A program made the translations under genes and the position numbers. Source: a virus (taxonomy: Duplodnaviria > Heunggongvirae > Uroviricota > Caudoviricetes). Taken from it: a stretch of 64,000 bases of DNA. Shown one piece after another: positions 19,678-29,719 of the stretch. The DNA is taken from positions 1-64,000 of the IMG/VR virus record IMGVR_UViG_2562617057_000010. One strand, 5' to 3'. The notes beneath the pieces were generated by a model. That model was not told where the DNA came from. It saw only the letters and a program-made list of their open reading frames with translations, and did no database searches. Positions within the stretch are counted from its first letter, which is position 1; each line of letters opens with the position of its first letter.

Positions 19678-19699
19678 CGGATATCCGACCGGATATCCG
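19678..19699. promoter_or_regulatory. Tandem palindromic operator candidates
   Basis: CGGATATCCG twice (19678-19687, 19690-19699), 30 bp upstream of ner start in the c/ner divergent region. Confidence 0.45.
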
Positions 19700-19728
19700 C
19701 GCGGGTAATTTTGTAGGGTAAAGGAAAG

Positions 19729-19980
19729 ATGAGACAAAGAGAAGATCGCGACCGCGATTGGCCTTCGCTAAAGATTCAGCTGGCGCTCAAAGATAACGGG
19801 TGGTCTTCCTTCCGGGAGCTTTCACTCCATGCTGGTTATGCTCAGGATTCACTGAAAGCGGTGGTTCGTACACCGAACAAAAAATACGAACGCGTAATTT
19901 CTGACGCTATAGGTGTACCGCCAGAAATCATCTGGCCCAGCCGGTATCGTAACGATGGATTTATCAGGAAGGCGTCGTGA
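19729..19980 (+). CDS. ner: Ner-like DNA-binding protein
   Basis: 83 aa with Ner/Nlp signature PEIIWPSRY; first gene of early operon. Confidence 0.8.
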   Translation: MRQREDRDRDWPSLKIQLALKDNGWSSFRELSLHAGYAQDSLKAVVRTPNKKYERVISDAIGVPPEIIWPSRYRNDGFIRKAS

Positions 19981-19981
19981 T

Positions 19982-22087
19982 ATGCAGTCGTACGTTACCG
20001 TAAATGACCTGCTCGGCGTACCAGGAATGCCAGCCACCACAAAAGGCATCCGACAGGCGTTACAGCGTTTTTCTCGTGATCTTGGTGACGTTAGTCGCCG
20101 TCGGGAAGGCACAAAAGCCATTGAGTACCACATTGATTGTCTGCCTGAAATAACACGAAAGGCACTGCGTGAACGCTATGTGGAACAGCTGGTGGCTACA
20201 GAGAACAATGTTTCTGAAGTGAAAGCTGTTACCAGAAAAACACGCAATCCTGACGCTGTCCAGGCAATCGAAGCATATCGCGGTTCTCCACAACTGATGG
20301 AAGAACGCCTGAATGCGCTGACCGAAAACCAGCGCCGGGTATCTGAAGCAAGGGCTGCACTGGTGGTGGAGGTGCTGAAGCTGGAAAGCGACGGTAATCT
20401 CGGGCGACTGAAAGCCATCAACTTTCTTGTTGAAAAAGCCCGTAAAGGTGAATTACCGGAGCGCCTGCAACAAGCCGCAGTTAATGCCAATGCAAAGCGT
20501 GGTGCCAATCGCACCATCAGTCGTGACCCGCTTTATCAGTGGGTGCTGAAATACAACCAGTCGCAGAACGCAGCCGAACGACTGCTGTTACTGGCACCAG
20601 GAAAGCGCGACGAAATAAAACCGGAAGAAATTAGCTGGCTACCTGAATTTCTGGCGCAGTATCGCCAGGCGAATGGCAGACCTATGTCAGAAGCCTACGA
20701 GGATTTTGTCGCGGAATGGCAGCGTCGCCATGCTGACGAACCATACATGCTGGAGGTGATGCCTTCTTACGATGTGGTGCGTTATGCCATGAAGAAATTG
20801 CCGGAAGTGGTGAAACAAAAAGGGCGTGTTACCGGCAGTGAATACCGTCAGCTTGAAGGATTCACCCGCCGCGACTGGACAGCTATGCCGGTGAATTATG
20901 TCTGGATTGGTGACGGTCACGGTATGAAGCTGAAATGTGCGCATCCGGTTCACGGGCGTCCATTTTCGCCGGAAGTTACGTTTGTCATTGATGGTGGAAC
21001 CCGGTTTGTGGTTGGCTGGAGTCTTGATCTTGCTGAAAACGTGTTTGCTGTTGCCGGTGCGATACAGCACGGTATTCGTAATCACGGGAAACCCTTCCTG
21101 TATTACTCGGATAATGGTTCCGGTGAAACGGCAGACATGCTGGATAAAGAGATCGTCGGGATTCTGCCCCGTCTGGGGATTAACCACCCCACCGGTATTG
21201 CCGGAAATCCGCAGGGGCGCGGCATTATTGAGCGCCTGAACCGGACGCTGCCGATGCGTATAGCCAGGAGGTATCGCACCTATTTTGGCAGGGGTGCTGA
21301 CCGGGAATCGTTGCGAGTACTTAATCGTGATCTGCGTTCAGCGTTTAATGCCCTGCAACAGGACAAGCCGCTGAATGCTCGCCAGAAATCTGCAATGCGC
21401 GAGCTGCCGTCCTGGTCAGAACTGATTGAGGCTATTCGCGAAGGCGTGGAATGGTACAACAACCGCCCGCATTCTGAACTGCCGATGAAACCAAACGGGA
21501 AGCATTGCAGCCCGGCTGAGTTCAGGAAAAAACGCCTGGCGGAAGAAAACACCGAAATTGAGTGGCTGAGCGATCTTGAGCTGCGCGACATGTTCCGTCC
21601 GATGGTGGAGCGTCCGGTAAGACGCTGTGAAATCAAATGGCTTGGGAATATTTATTACGCGCCGGAGCTGCGTGATGAACATGGTCGCAAAGTGCTTATC
21701 AGCTATGACATTCATGATGCAGAGCGAATTACAGTGCGCCGTAAGGATGGCAGTTTTATTTGTGAGGCGATATGGAACGGCAATAAACGCGCAGCCTTTC
21801 CTGTCAGTGCGGAATATCACAAACAGCAGCAGCGTATTAAAGGAATGCGCAAACGCGCTGAGGGAAAAATTCGTGATGCTGAAGATGAAGGTATTCAGGT
21901 TATTGAACAAAAAACGACAGAACCCTGGCTGGGGAATGTTTATCGCCCTGTGGGTAATGTGGTGACAGTTCAGCCTCAGGCTCCTGAGGAGACGCTTGAT
22001 AATGCATACAACGCTGAGCGTGATGAATATCTGAATCATTCACTGGATATTCTGGAACAGAAAAGACGTAAAAAGCTGTTTAATTAA
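19982..22087 (+). CDS. A: MuA-like DDE transposase
   Basis: about 702 aa from ATG 19982; integrase-core motifs; C-terminus ERDEYLNHSLDILEQKRRKK resembles the MuA C-terminal tail. Confidence 0.9.
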   Translation: MQSYVTVNDLLGVPGMPATTKGIRQALQRFSRDLGDVSRRREGTKAIEYHIDCLPEITRKALRERYVEQLVATENNVSEVKAVTRKTRNPDAVQAIEAYRGSPQLMEERLNALTENQRRVSEARAALVVEVLKLESDGNLGRLKAINFLVEKARKGELPERLQQAAVNANAKRGANRTISRDPLYQWVLKYNQSQNAAERLLLLAPGKRDEIKPEEISWLPEFLAQYRQANGRPMSEAYEDFVAEWQRRHADEPYMLEVMPSYDVVRYAMKKLPEVVKQKGRVTGSEYRQLEGFTRRDWTAMPVNYVWIGDGHGMKLKCAHPVHGRPFSPEVTFVIDGGTRFVVGWSLDLAENVFAVAGAIQHGIRNHGKPFLYYSDNGSGETADMLDKEIVGILPRLGINHPTGIAGNPQGRGIIERLNRTLPMRIARRYRTYFGRGADRESLRVLNRDLRSAFNALQQDKPLNARQKSAMRELPSWSELIEAIREGVEWYNNRPHSELPMKPNGKHCSPAEFRKKRLAEENTEIEWLSDLELRDMFRPMVERPVRRCEIKWLGNIYYAPELRDEHGRKVLISYDIHDAERITVRRKDGSFICEAIWNGNKRAAFPVSAEYHKQQQRIKGMRKRAEGKIRDAEDEGIQVIEQKTTEPWLGNVYRPVGNVVTVQPQAPEETLDNAYNAERDEYLNHSLDILEQKRRKKLFN

Positions 22088-22121
22088 CGTTTACACAAAA
22101 TTTAATTATGAGGTTACTCCG

Positions 22122-23075
22122 ATGAATATTTCTGATATTCGCGAAGAACTACGCACACTTGTAGAAAGTGAAAAAGTCACTTTTAAACAAATTGCTATTG
22201 AGAGTGATATTTCTACCGGGACTGTCAGTGCGTTTATTAACGATAAATACAGCGGCGATAATGAACGTATCGCACAGGTACTGAAGTGCTGGCTTGACGA
22301 TTATCTTGCTGCCGCAGACCTGCCGGAATTGCCTGGTTTTGTTCAAACGCAGACGGTAAAACAAATCTGGACAAGTATACGCTTTGCCAGCCTGACAGAG
22401 AGTATTGCTGTTATCTGCGGTAATCCTGGTGTGGGTAAATCTGAAGCAGCCAAAGAGTATCGCCGTACCAATAATAACGTCTGGATGATCACCATGGCAC
22501 CATCCCGTGTCAGTGTTCTGGAATGTCTTACGGAACTGGCGTTTGAGCTGGGAATGAACGGTATCCCACGCTGCAAGGGGCCGTTATCCCGTGAATTGCG
22601 CCGTCGTCTTGGGGGAACGCATGGGGTGGTTATTGTAGATGAAGCAGACCATCTTGATATTGCGGCGCTGGAAGAACTTCGTTTGTTACAGGAATCAACC
22701 CGTATTGGCCTGGTATTGATGGGTAATCACCATCTTTACACGAATATGACGGGGGGGAGCAAAACGGTTGAGTTTGCCCGTCTGTTTTCGCGCATAGCAA
22801 AACGCACGGCTATCAAAGCGCCCAAAGTTAACGATGTAAAAGCGATTGCGGAAGCCTGGGATGTTACCGCCAAAAAAGAGCAGGAATTCTTACTGGAGAT
22901 TGCACAGAAACCAGGTGCAATTCGCACCATGACTTACACATTACGTCTTGCTGCCATGAATGCTTACGGTAAAGGCAAACGTGTTAACGAAGATTACCTG
23001 CGTGAGGCTTACGAAGAACTGGATCAGGATGTGGATGTTCAGGAACAGTTGGGTATAAGGAGAGCGAAATCATGA
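22122..23075 (+). CDS. B: MuB-like transposition ATPase
   Basis: 317 aa, Walker A GNPGVGKS, Walker [10 protein letters not shown]. Confidence 0.9.
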   Translation: MNISDIREELRTLVESEKVTFKQIAIESDISTGTVSAFINDKYSGDNERIAQVLKCWLDDYLAAADLPELPGFVQTQTVKQIWTSIRFASLTESIAVICGNPGVGKSEAAKEYRRTNNNVWMITMAPSRVSVLECLTELAFELGMNGIPRCKGPLSRELRRRLGGTHGVVIVDEADHLDIAALEELRLLQESTRIGLVLMGNHHLYTNMTGGSKTVEFARLFSRIAKRTAIKAPKVNDVKAIAEAWDVTAKKEQEFLLEIAQKPGAIRTMTYTLRLAAMNAYGKGKRVNEDYLREAYEELDQDVDVQEQLGIRRAKS

Positions 23076-23299
23076 TGTCACGAAATATAAAAATGGCAAC
23101 GGATGCGCAGAACTGGTTACAGGCGCGCGGGAGTCATGTAAATGAATCATATCTCGGCGTGGCACGTCCGATTCTTGAAATCACTTACCCACCGGTGGAA
23201 CTGGTAAAAAGCGCGGTCAGAATTATGGAGCATAAGTCCGGGGTGGCCCGTTCTGTATGGACGGCCCGTCTTAATGGTTGCCAGATTATCTGGAGATAA
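23072..23299 (+). CDS. Small early protein (Kil-like position)
   Basis: 75 aa, start overlaps B stop (ATGA). Confidence 0.4.
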   Translation: MMSRNIKMATDAQNWLQARGSHVNESYLGVARPILEITYPPVELVKSAVRIMEHKSGVARSVWTARLNGCQIIWR

Positions 23300-23301
23300 C
23301 G

Positions 23302-23532
23302 ATGTGTACTAAAGCTGAAAAATATATTGAATGGGTTAAACGGGTACAGAATAACAATGTGCCTCTGACTGCATTTAATTGCCCCAAATGCAAAGAGCAA
23401 ATTATGACGCAATGCTCACCAGAAAATGAAGTATGGGACTCCTTTGCATGTTGTCCGTGGTGCAGCGCGGTTTTCTTTAAGCAGGTAAAAGGCGCGAAGG
23501 TAAAAGCCAGCGCAGTTATTCAGAATCAATAA
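23302..23532 (+). CDS. Small zinc-ribbon early protein
   Basis: CPKC...CPWC motifs. Confidence 0.4.
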   Translation: MCTKAEKYIEWVKRVQNNNVPLTAFNCPKCKEQIMTQCSPENEVWDSFACCPWCSAVFFKQVKGAKVKASAVIQNQ

Positions 23533-23543
23533 GGAGAAACAAA

Positions 23544-23807
23544 ATGGCAAAGGTAATTATTGAAATTAAAAATACAGTATCTGGAACTAAAGGACGGCAT
23601 TTGCGCACCAGTATTGCGGTAGGTGGTAGTGTGGAAATGGAAGGGGATGAGGCTACACTTGCAGGTCTGGTGGCGTTATTGGTGCTTAACAAAAGCCAGA
23701 AAATAATTAATGAGTCAGCTCATGAAGCCATTGAGATTTTGAAAAACGATGGTGTCATCACAGGTGGCAGTGTCACTGAAATGGCTGTTGAAAAAACATG
23801 TCACTGA
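23544..23807 (+). CDS. Early protein, unknown function
   Basis: 87 aa, tightly packed in early operon. Confidence 0.4.
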   Translation: MAKVIIEIKNTVSGTKGRHLRTSIAVGGSVEMEGDEATLAGLVALLVLNKSQKIINESAHEAIEILKNDGVITGGSVTEMAVEKTCH

Positions 23808-23821
23808 AAGGAACGCTGACA

Positions 23822-24241
23822 ATGAATGTCAAAATCCGAAATGAAATTCAGGCATTAATCCGAATTCAGGAACGCAATAACAACGGTGGTGAATTACGCG
23901 AGTTTATTTGCGCCCGGAAAGTTGATGATTGTGGTGAAAAGACTTACCTGATTGCCTTTGACCATTACAGCATTTGTGCACGTTACTGTGGTGAATCGAT
24001 ATTCTGTGCCATTGTGTATGGTAATGCGTTTGATGTGGATTTATGGGAGTACGTTATGGACCGTGAATACATCTGCGCATCAGACCCGAAAGCCCGTGAG
24101 ATGTGGCAGCGTATCTGGCGCGATTACCGGTTAATGGCAAAAGGCTGGGCACGCTGCTGTTATTCCTCGCTTGCCCTGAAAGCGGTTCAGTTATCGCTGC
24201 GGCATATTCCGGCATCACTGCGCGAGCCTCTGTTGTACTGA
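23822..24241 (+). CDS. Early protein, unknown function (Cys-rich)
   Basis: about 140 aa from ATG 23822. Confidence 0.4.
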   Translation: MNVKIRNEIQALIRIQERNNNGGELREFICARKVDDCGEKTYLIAFDHYSICARYCGESIFCAIVYGNAFDVDLWEYVMDREYICASDPKAREMWQRIWRDYRLMAKGWARCCYSSLALKAVQLSLRHIPASLREPLLY

Positions 24242-24253
24242 GTGGTGACCGGA

Positions 24254-24541
24254 ATGATGTGTAAGCGTAAACGCTGGTCACGCGAAGACCGGGAATTTAT
24301 CGAAGCCAGTGTCGGGAAAATGACCGTCGAGGAAATGGCGAAAAAACTGAACGTTGCCCCAACAGCCCTACAGGCACATGCCAGAAGGCACGGAATATCG
24401 TTGTGTGCATACCGGGTCAGTGAGCACGACAAATATTTGTGTCGTGAACTTTATAAAGAAGGGCTGGCTATTCATGTCATTGCCCAAAAGATGGAATTAA
24501 GCAATCGTGCTGTATCCGGCATTGTATACAGCGAATATTAA
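24254..24541 (+). CDS. Early protein with HTH-like segment
   Basis: about 95 aa from ATG 24254. Confidence 0.4.
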   Translation: MMCKRKRWSREDREFIEASVGKMTVEEMAKKLNVAPTALQAHARRHGISLCAYRVSEHDKYLCRELYKEGLAIHVIAQKMELSNRAVSGIVYSEY

Positions 24542-24559
24542 TTAACAGGAGCTTTATTT

Positions 24560-25084
24560 ATGGCTAAATCAGCAAAACGAATCAGGAACGCCGCAGCGGC
24601 TTATGTTCCGCAATCCCGCGATGCTGTGGTATGTGATATCCGCCGGATTGGGAACCTGCAACGCGAAGCGGCACGACTTGAAACGGAAATGAATGACGCT
24701 ATCGCTGAGATTACGGAGAAATTTGCAGCCCGGATTGCACCGCTTAAAACCGATATTGAAACCCTTTCAAAAGGCGTTCAGGGATGGTGTGAAGCGAACC
24801 GCGACGAACTGACGAACGGCGGCAAAGTGAAGACGGCAAATCTTGTCACCGGCGATGTATCATGGCGTCAACGCCCGCCGTCAGTGAGCATTCGCGGCGT
24901 GGATGCCGTGATGGAAACGCTGGAGCGTCTTGGCCTGCAACGCTTTATTCGCACGAAGCAGGAAATCAACAGGGAAGCGATTTTACTGGAACCGAAAGCG
25001 GTCGCAGGCGTTGCCGGAATTACGGTTAAATCGGGAATTGAAGATTTTTCCATTATTCCGTTTGAACAGGATGCCGGTATTTAA
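24560..25084 (+). CDS. gam: Gam-like DNA-end-binding protein (Ku-like)
   Basis: 174 aa, same length as Mu Gam, strong recalled similarity; GGAG SD. Confidence 0.8.
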   Translation: MAKSAKRIRNAAAAYVPQSRDAVVCDIRRIGNLQREAARLETEMNDAIAEITEKFAARIAPLKTDIETLSKGVQGWCEANRDELTNGGKVKTANLVTGDVSWRQRPPSVSIRGVDAVMETLERLGLQRFIRTKQEINREAILLEPKAVAGVAGITVKSGIEDFSIIPFEQDAGI

Positions 25085-25182
25085 TACCACCATTAATATT
25101 TAATTAATTCACATTCTTTTAATTATTGGCGCGATGCGTCAGGGGACTACTCGCGCCTGAATCAGAACCGGAGAGAATGAAA

Positions 25183-25731
25183 ATGACAGCATGTGCTTAT
25201 TTTAAACTGAGTGACACAGCCGCTAACGCTTATACGATTCGCTGGCTGAAAGATGTTTCTGTTAAGCGTGACAAAATCATCTGCTCATTGCAGCGTGCGT
25301 TTGGCGCAGACGGTGTTTCCCTTGTCAGTAACAGAGGGTATGAACGGGTTGAATGTATCTGGATGAATCAATTAGCGCCGGAATTATGGCGTGGTAAATC
25401 AGACGGACTGTTTATTGGTGGATTTCCGTTTTATGGCGTTGTACCGGATATAACAACACCGGAAGGCCGAAACAATGCGACGCTTATTCAGGAACATGAA
25501 GAGCAACTCCGGAAATATCCCACATTCCCGGTCTGGTTGTGTAATGAACTCGGGGTTGATGTTGTACCCAACATGTTTGATCTCAAATCAGTCTGGACGA
25601 TGCACCACAGCCGTGACGGATTCGGCATTTTGTTTGAGGTGTGCCTGCTGGATGGTGAGGTTAAGGGACCGGTTCCTGCCGAATGCCAGCGCATTAAACA
25701 TTCTGAATTTGTGGCACTGACGGAGGAATAA
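25183..25731 (+). CDS. Early protein, unknown function
   Basis: about 183 aa from ATG 25183 (GGAGAG SD). Confidence 0.4.
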   Translation: MTACAYFKLSDTAANAYTIRWLKDVSVKRDKIICSLQRAFGADGVSLVSNRGYERVECIWMNQLAPELWRGKSDGLFIGGFPFYGVVPDITTPEGRNNATLIQEHEEQLRKYPTFPVWLCNELGVDVVPNMFDLKSVWTMHHSRDGFGILFEVCLLDGEVKGPVPAECQRIKHSEFVALTEE

Positions 25732-25734
25732 CCG

Positions 25735-26265
25735 GTGATTGATGCAAAAGTTCTGAACGGTGTCAGCACATTATTACGGGCTCACGGGCGTCTGACCTGT
25801 GGGGTTCTGGCAGAGAAAATGCAAATGCCACCCTCTGCAATGGTGTATTTCCTGCGTGATGCAGTTGATGCCGGTGCACTGACTGAGCTGAATGGCTTTT
25901 ACGATGTTCCGCGCCCTCGTCCGACGCTGCCTGTAAGACAAAACGCAACAGAGCAGCCTTCTGTTGATGATGCGGTGTGGTGCAACTGGCGTCGCTCATT
26001 ACCCTGGGTGGAAGGTAATACCATCCCCGCGCTGGCAAAAGAGTTTGCGACGGGCGTGCTGACCTGTGAGTCAGTCCACATTGTTGCTGAGGTGGATAAC
26101 AGAATGTGCGAACAGGGAATGCCCCGTTTTGTGATGGCTTATATCGATATCCGGCTGGGGCGTTTTATTTGCAGTTCAAGCGCCTGGAATATCACCGACC
26201 ATGTACTGCGTTATCTCATTCTTGATTGTTCTCCGGCTCCCGCAGCGGTGCAGGAGGTGGCGTGA
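25735..26265 (+). CDS. Early protein, unknown function
   Basis: 176 aa, stop overlaps next start. Confidence 0.4.
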   Translation: MIDAKVLNGVSTLLRAHGRLTCGVLAEKMQMPPSAMVYFLRDAVDAGALTELNGFYDVPRPRPTLPVRQNATEQPSVDDAVWCNWRRSLPWVEGNTIPALAKEFATGVLTCESVHIVAEVDNRMCEQGMPRFVMAYIDIRLGRFICSSSAWNITDHVLRYLILDCSPAPAAVQEVA

Positions 26266-26795
26266 TGTTTTTTAAAACGTCAAATCCCGCAGCACTGCAG
26301 GCATGGGACCAGTTTATGGCGGACTGCCTGAAACTACGCGAAGAAGCCCGCCATCTTGATAAGGTTCTGGGCTGTGGTTGCCGGTCAGTATTCAGCACAG
26401 GTATTGGTGGGCGTCATTTTCATGGCGTGAATTTTCCGGGGAATGAGCGACCTTTCTCGCCGGAGTTGTGGACTGTACAACGCTCCGCATCAGGTAACAG
26501 TTGCAGGCCCAGAACTTCGCGGATACCTGTTCATCTCAGGGAGCAGGCAAGAGAGCTGGCGAAAATATGGCAGGAGAATATTCCGGTCACTTACGCCCGC
26601 ACAGACGCTCTTTTACCCGCACTGGGACTGGATTTCAGCGCAACAATATTCGGGCCGCTCCGGTGGTTCCGTGTTGGTGATGTGATTTACGTCATGACGG
26701 GGATGACACCCGCACAAGGCCGCATGACTGAAATCCTTTCGGACGAATTTATCCGGGCGCAAAAACAGGCAGAGGTAAACAATGGAAAACAATGA
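26265..26795 (+). CDS. Early protein, unknown function
   Basis: about 176 aa from ATG 26265 (AGGAGG SD). Confidence 0.4.
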   Translation: MFFKTSNPAALQAWDQFMADCLKLREEARHLDKVLGCGCRSVFSTGIGGRHFHGVNFPGNERPFSPELWTVQRSASGNSCRPRTSRIPVHLREQARELAKIWQENIPVTYARTDALLPALGLDFSATIFGPLRWFRVGDVIYVMTGMTPAQGRMTEILSDEFIRAQKQAEVNNGKQ

Positions 26796-26964
26796 AACAT
26801 CGTATTCGTGGCTGGGGAAATTTACCTCGGTGAAACAGGAATGCCCGACCTGCGGGAATGAATCCCCTGAATATCTGAAAGAGTGCCCTCATTGTGGCGG
26901 GCAGAAATGCAACCACTGCGATATGGGCGATGACACGGCGTGCATGAATTGTGAAGGTGAGTGA
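26782..26964 (+). CDS. Small zinc-ribbon protein
   Basis: 60 aa with CPTC...CPHC...CNHC...CMNC. Confidence 0.4.
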   Translation: MENNETSYSWLGKFTSVKQECPTCGNESPEYLKECPHCGGQKCNHCDMGDDTACMNCEGE

Positions 26965-27274
26965 TATGAATAATGGTGTATTTTCAAAATCAGAAGAGCT
27001 TGCCGCCCTGCTGATTGCCGGTGGTTTGCCGAAAAAAGAAGTGCATGACTTTGTGAATTTTGTATATGAGACGTCTCATGAAAAAGCTATTGATGAGGTC
27101 ATGGCGTACCGGTTTGGCATTATTGCTGAGTCACTGAGTCCTCACTGGATTATTGAAAATCTCCGCGCTATTGCTGATGGCAACGATAAATCAGCAGCCG
27201 TTGCTGCACTGGATGTGTTACGGCAAATGAGTCTGAAATTTTATCCTGAATTTATTCTGAGGGCCGCAAAATGA
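26951..27274 (+). CDS. Early protein, unknown function
   Basis: 107 aa. Confidence 0.4.
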   Translation: MKVSDMNNGVFSKSEELAALLIAGGLPKKEVHDFVNFVYETSHEKAIDEVMAYRFGIIAESLSPHWIIENLRAIADGNDKSAAVAALDVLRQMSLKFYPEFILRAAK

Positions 27275-27573
27275 ACAATGAAGATAAATTTACTCCCCTT
27301 AATATTGATAACGTCATGGCTGAAAAAGGGATGCTGGAACGTGTTCGCGCTATCGTTGAATATGGTATTAAGCATAATCTCACCGCCAGAGAAGTCCGTG
27401 ACATTATCAACCGCGAAATGAATCGTCTGGAAACAGTAGTGGCACTGCAAAATGAAACAGCCCGCGAGGAGTACATCCGCCGCAGGCTGGGGTTATCAGA
27501 CCAGGATATTGTTACTGACGCTCATGTGTTTGGGGCTTTTGAGATCCGTCAGCATCTGGGTCTAACGAACTGA
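27271..27573 (+). CDS. Early protein, unknown function
   Basis: 100 aa. Confidence 0.4.
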   Translation: MNNEDKFTPLNIDNVMAEKGMLERVRAIVEYGIKHNLTAREVRDIINREMNRLETVVALQNETAREEYIRRRLGLSDQDIVTDAHVFGAFEIRQHLGLTN

Positions 27574-27778
27574 TAATGTCTTCCATGATCTTTGACAGTT
27601 GCATGTTTTCGCGGCGGCTTGTTCTTATTGCAGGCGCATCTTTTAAAATCTCTGCTGAAGAGCTGAAAATGGCCTGGCCCTCTTCTGCGGTGATGATCGC
27701 CTTCTTCACCAGAAGGCGCACCAGTGCTGATGCAATCGCATAACCTGCAACATCATAAGGTTGTACATTATTTTCCAT
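27512..27778 (-). CDS. Reverse-oriented small protein inside the early region
   Basis: 88 aa on minus strand with GAGAGGA SD 7 nt upstream of ATG; only opposite-strand ORF with a good RBS in the early operon. Confidence 0.4.
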   Translation of the reverse strand: MENNVQPYDVAGYAIASALVRLLVKKAIITAEEGQAIFSSSAEILKDAPAIRTSRRENMQLSKIMEDIISSLDPDADGSQKPQTHERQ

Positions 27779-27847
27779 AAAATCCTCTCTGATTGATGTG
27801 TAAATTCAGGCGGTGTTGCAGCACCGCCTCTTTCCGGAGGTACGATC

Positions 27848-28399
27848 ATGAATCGCACATCCCTGATTAAATTAATCCATGTCGCCCGTCGGGAGCTACA
27901 ACTCGACGACGACACTTACCGCGCTTTTCTGATGCAGAAAACGGGCAAAATCAGTTGCCGCGAGCTGACGGTTACGCAACTGGAACAGGTGCTCAATGCC
28001 ATGAAAGAACGCGGCTTTAAGAAGCTGAATAAATACCCCCGTCGCCGCTTTAAGGAACATGTCACACCCCGTGAGAAGGTGTATAAAATCTGGCAGCAGA
28101 TGGCAGAAGACGGTTTTATTACCGATGGCGGTGATGTGGCGCTGGACAGATATGTTCAACGCCTGACCGCGAAACGCAACGGCGGACAGGGTGTTTCCAC
28201 ACTGGCGTGGTGTCATGGCGACACGCTGCTGACAGTCCTCGAAACACTCAAGCAGTGGCACATCCGCTGTATTCGTGAAGCCTTTTCCCGTCACGGGCTT
28301 CCGTTGCCGGTCAGTCCGTCCGGTCGTGAACTGCGCGGCTATGATGCCATGACGGCGGCTTATGCCCATGCCAGAAAGACACGGAGGATGGCACAATGA
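27848..28399 (+). CDS. gemA: GemA-like early protein
   Basis: 183 aa, GGAGG SD, immediately upstream of mor, matches Mu gemA size and position. Confidence 0.65.
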   Translation: MNRTSLIKLIHVARRELQLDDDTYRAFLMQKTGKISCRELTVTQLEQVLNAMKERGFKKLNKYPRRRFKEHVTPREKVYKIWQQMAEDGFITDGGDVALDRYVQRLTAKRNGGQGVSTLAWCHGDTLLTVLETLKQWHIRCIREAFSRHGLPLPVSPSGRELRGYDAMTAAYAHARKTRRMAQ

Positions 28400-28785
28400 C
28401 GGAAGATTTATTTGGTGATTTGCAGGATGACACCATCCTGGCACATCTTGACAATCCCGCCGAGGATACGTCACGCTTTCCGGCACTGCTGGCGGAGCTG
28501 AACGATTTACTGCGCGGGGAATTGTCCCGGCTGGGTGTTGATCCTGCCCATTCACTGGAGATTGTTGTGGCTATCTGTAAGCATCTGGGCGGCGGTCAGG
28601 TCTACATTCCACGCGGTCAGGTTCTGGACTCGCTGATTCGGGATTTGCGTATCTGGAATGATTTTAACGGTCGCAACGTCAGCGAACTGACCACCCGTTA
28701 TGGTGTCACTTTCAATACGGTTTACAAGGCCATTCGCCGGATGCGACGGCTGAAATACCGCCAGTACCAGCCCTCACTTCTGTAA
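28396..28785 (+). CDS. mor: Mor-like middle-operon transcription activator
   Basis: 129 aa, Mor/C family, C-terminal HTH. Confidence 0.85.
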   Translation: MTEDLFGDLQDDTILAHLDNPAEDTSRFPALLAELNDLLRGELSRLGVDPAHSLEIVVAICKHLGGGQVYIPRGQVLDSLIRDLRIWNDFNGRNVSELTTRYGVTFNTVYKAIRRMRRLKYRQYQPSLL

Positions 28786-28790
28786 ACAGT

Positions 28791-28816
28791 AAAGCCGGTT
28801 AATCCGGCTTTTTTTA
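28791..28816 (+). terminator. Rho-independent terminator after mor
   Basis: GCCGG-TTAAT-CCGGC then T7. Confidence 0.8.
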
Positions 28817-29205
28817 CGTCCTCAATATCCTGTGATGAATTACCGTACCGGGGAAAATCATCATGGGTAAAGGCTGGAATGCATCCTTTCATCTTGGCAG
28901 ACGTGAGCGGCTGCGTCAGGAGGTTTTACACCGTGTCGCCGGTGGGCCACGGCCTTCGCCCCGCGACTATACCGGTCATGATGGCACCCACGGAAGTTAT
29001 TACATGAAAGGCTGGCAGTCGGTTGATATGCCGGAAATTCTTCACCACTGTCAACGTTATAAGGAAAAATATTGTGTACAGAAAATTCAGTGATGAATGT
29101 TTCGGGCCGTCCACGCTGATGAGTGCGATAAAAGTGATTGCCCTTGTGGTTCTGATAACCATCAGTGCCGTGGTGTATCTTTCCGTCTGTTAACCGGGGG
29201 AAAAT

Positions 29206-29628
29206 ATGCAGCATGATTTATTTGAACACGATCCGGCAATTCGCCAGTTAATCGGACATATTGATAACATCCCGGCCCCGGAACTGGAATCACGCTGGCC
29301 CCGTTCGGTGGTTGATCTGATTGATGTTCTGGAAAACGAACTGAAACGCCAGAACATCAGCAATCCCCGTGAGCTTGCCCGTAAACAGGCCGTTGCCCTG
29401 TCCTGTTTTCTGGGGGGGCGGCAGTTTTATATCCCCTGTGGCGATACTATCCTGACCGCGTTACGCGACGATTTGCTTTACTGCCAGTTCAATGGTCGTA
29501 ACATGGAAGAACTGCGTCGCCAGTACCGCCTGTCCCAGCCGCAGATCTACCAGATTATTGCCCGCCAGAGAAAGCTGCATACACGACGTCATCAGCCTGA
29601 TCTGTTCTCACCAGAAAGCCCAAAATAA
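29206..29628 (+). CDS. C: C-like late-gene transcription activator
   Basis: 140 aa, paralogous to Mor in this window (shared NGRN...L motif), preceded by 420-bp Pm-type intergenic region. Confidence 0.85.
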   Translation: MQHDLFEHDPAIRQLIGHIDNIPAPELESRWPRSVVDLIDVLENELKRQNISNPRELARKQAVALSCFLGGRQFYIPCGDTILTALRDDLLYCQFNGRNMEELRRQYRLSQPQIYQIIARQRKLHTRRHQPDLFSPESPK

Positions 29629-29719
29629 CCGGCATCCTGCCGGTTATTTCCTGTCACCATAATCCCGCACCTGCCATCTGATTTTTTAGACTGCCATCAG
29701 AGCATTTTTTCAGGGAAGC

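Noticed and set aside
28861-29214. 76-aa and 117-aa ORFs in the mor-C intergenic region
   Set aside because: Region is expected to be the middle promoter; the ORFs overlap each other on opposite strands and lack RBS.
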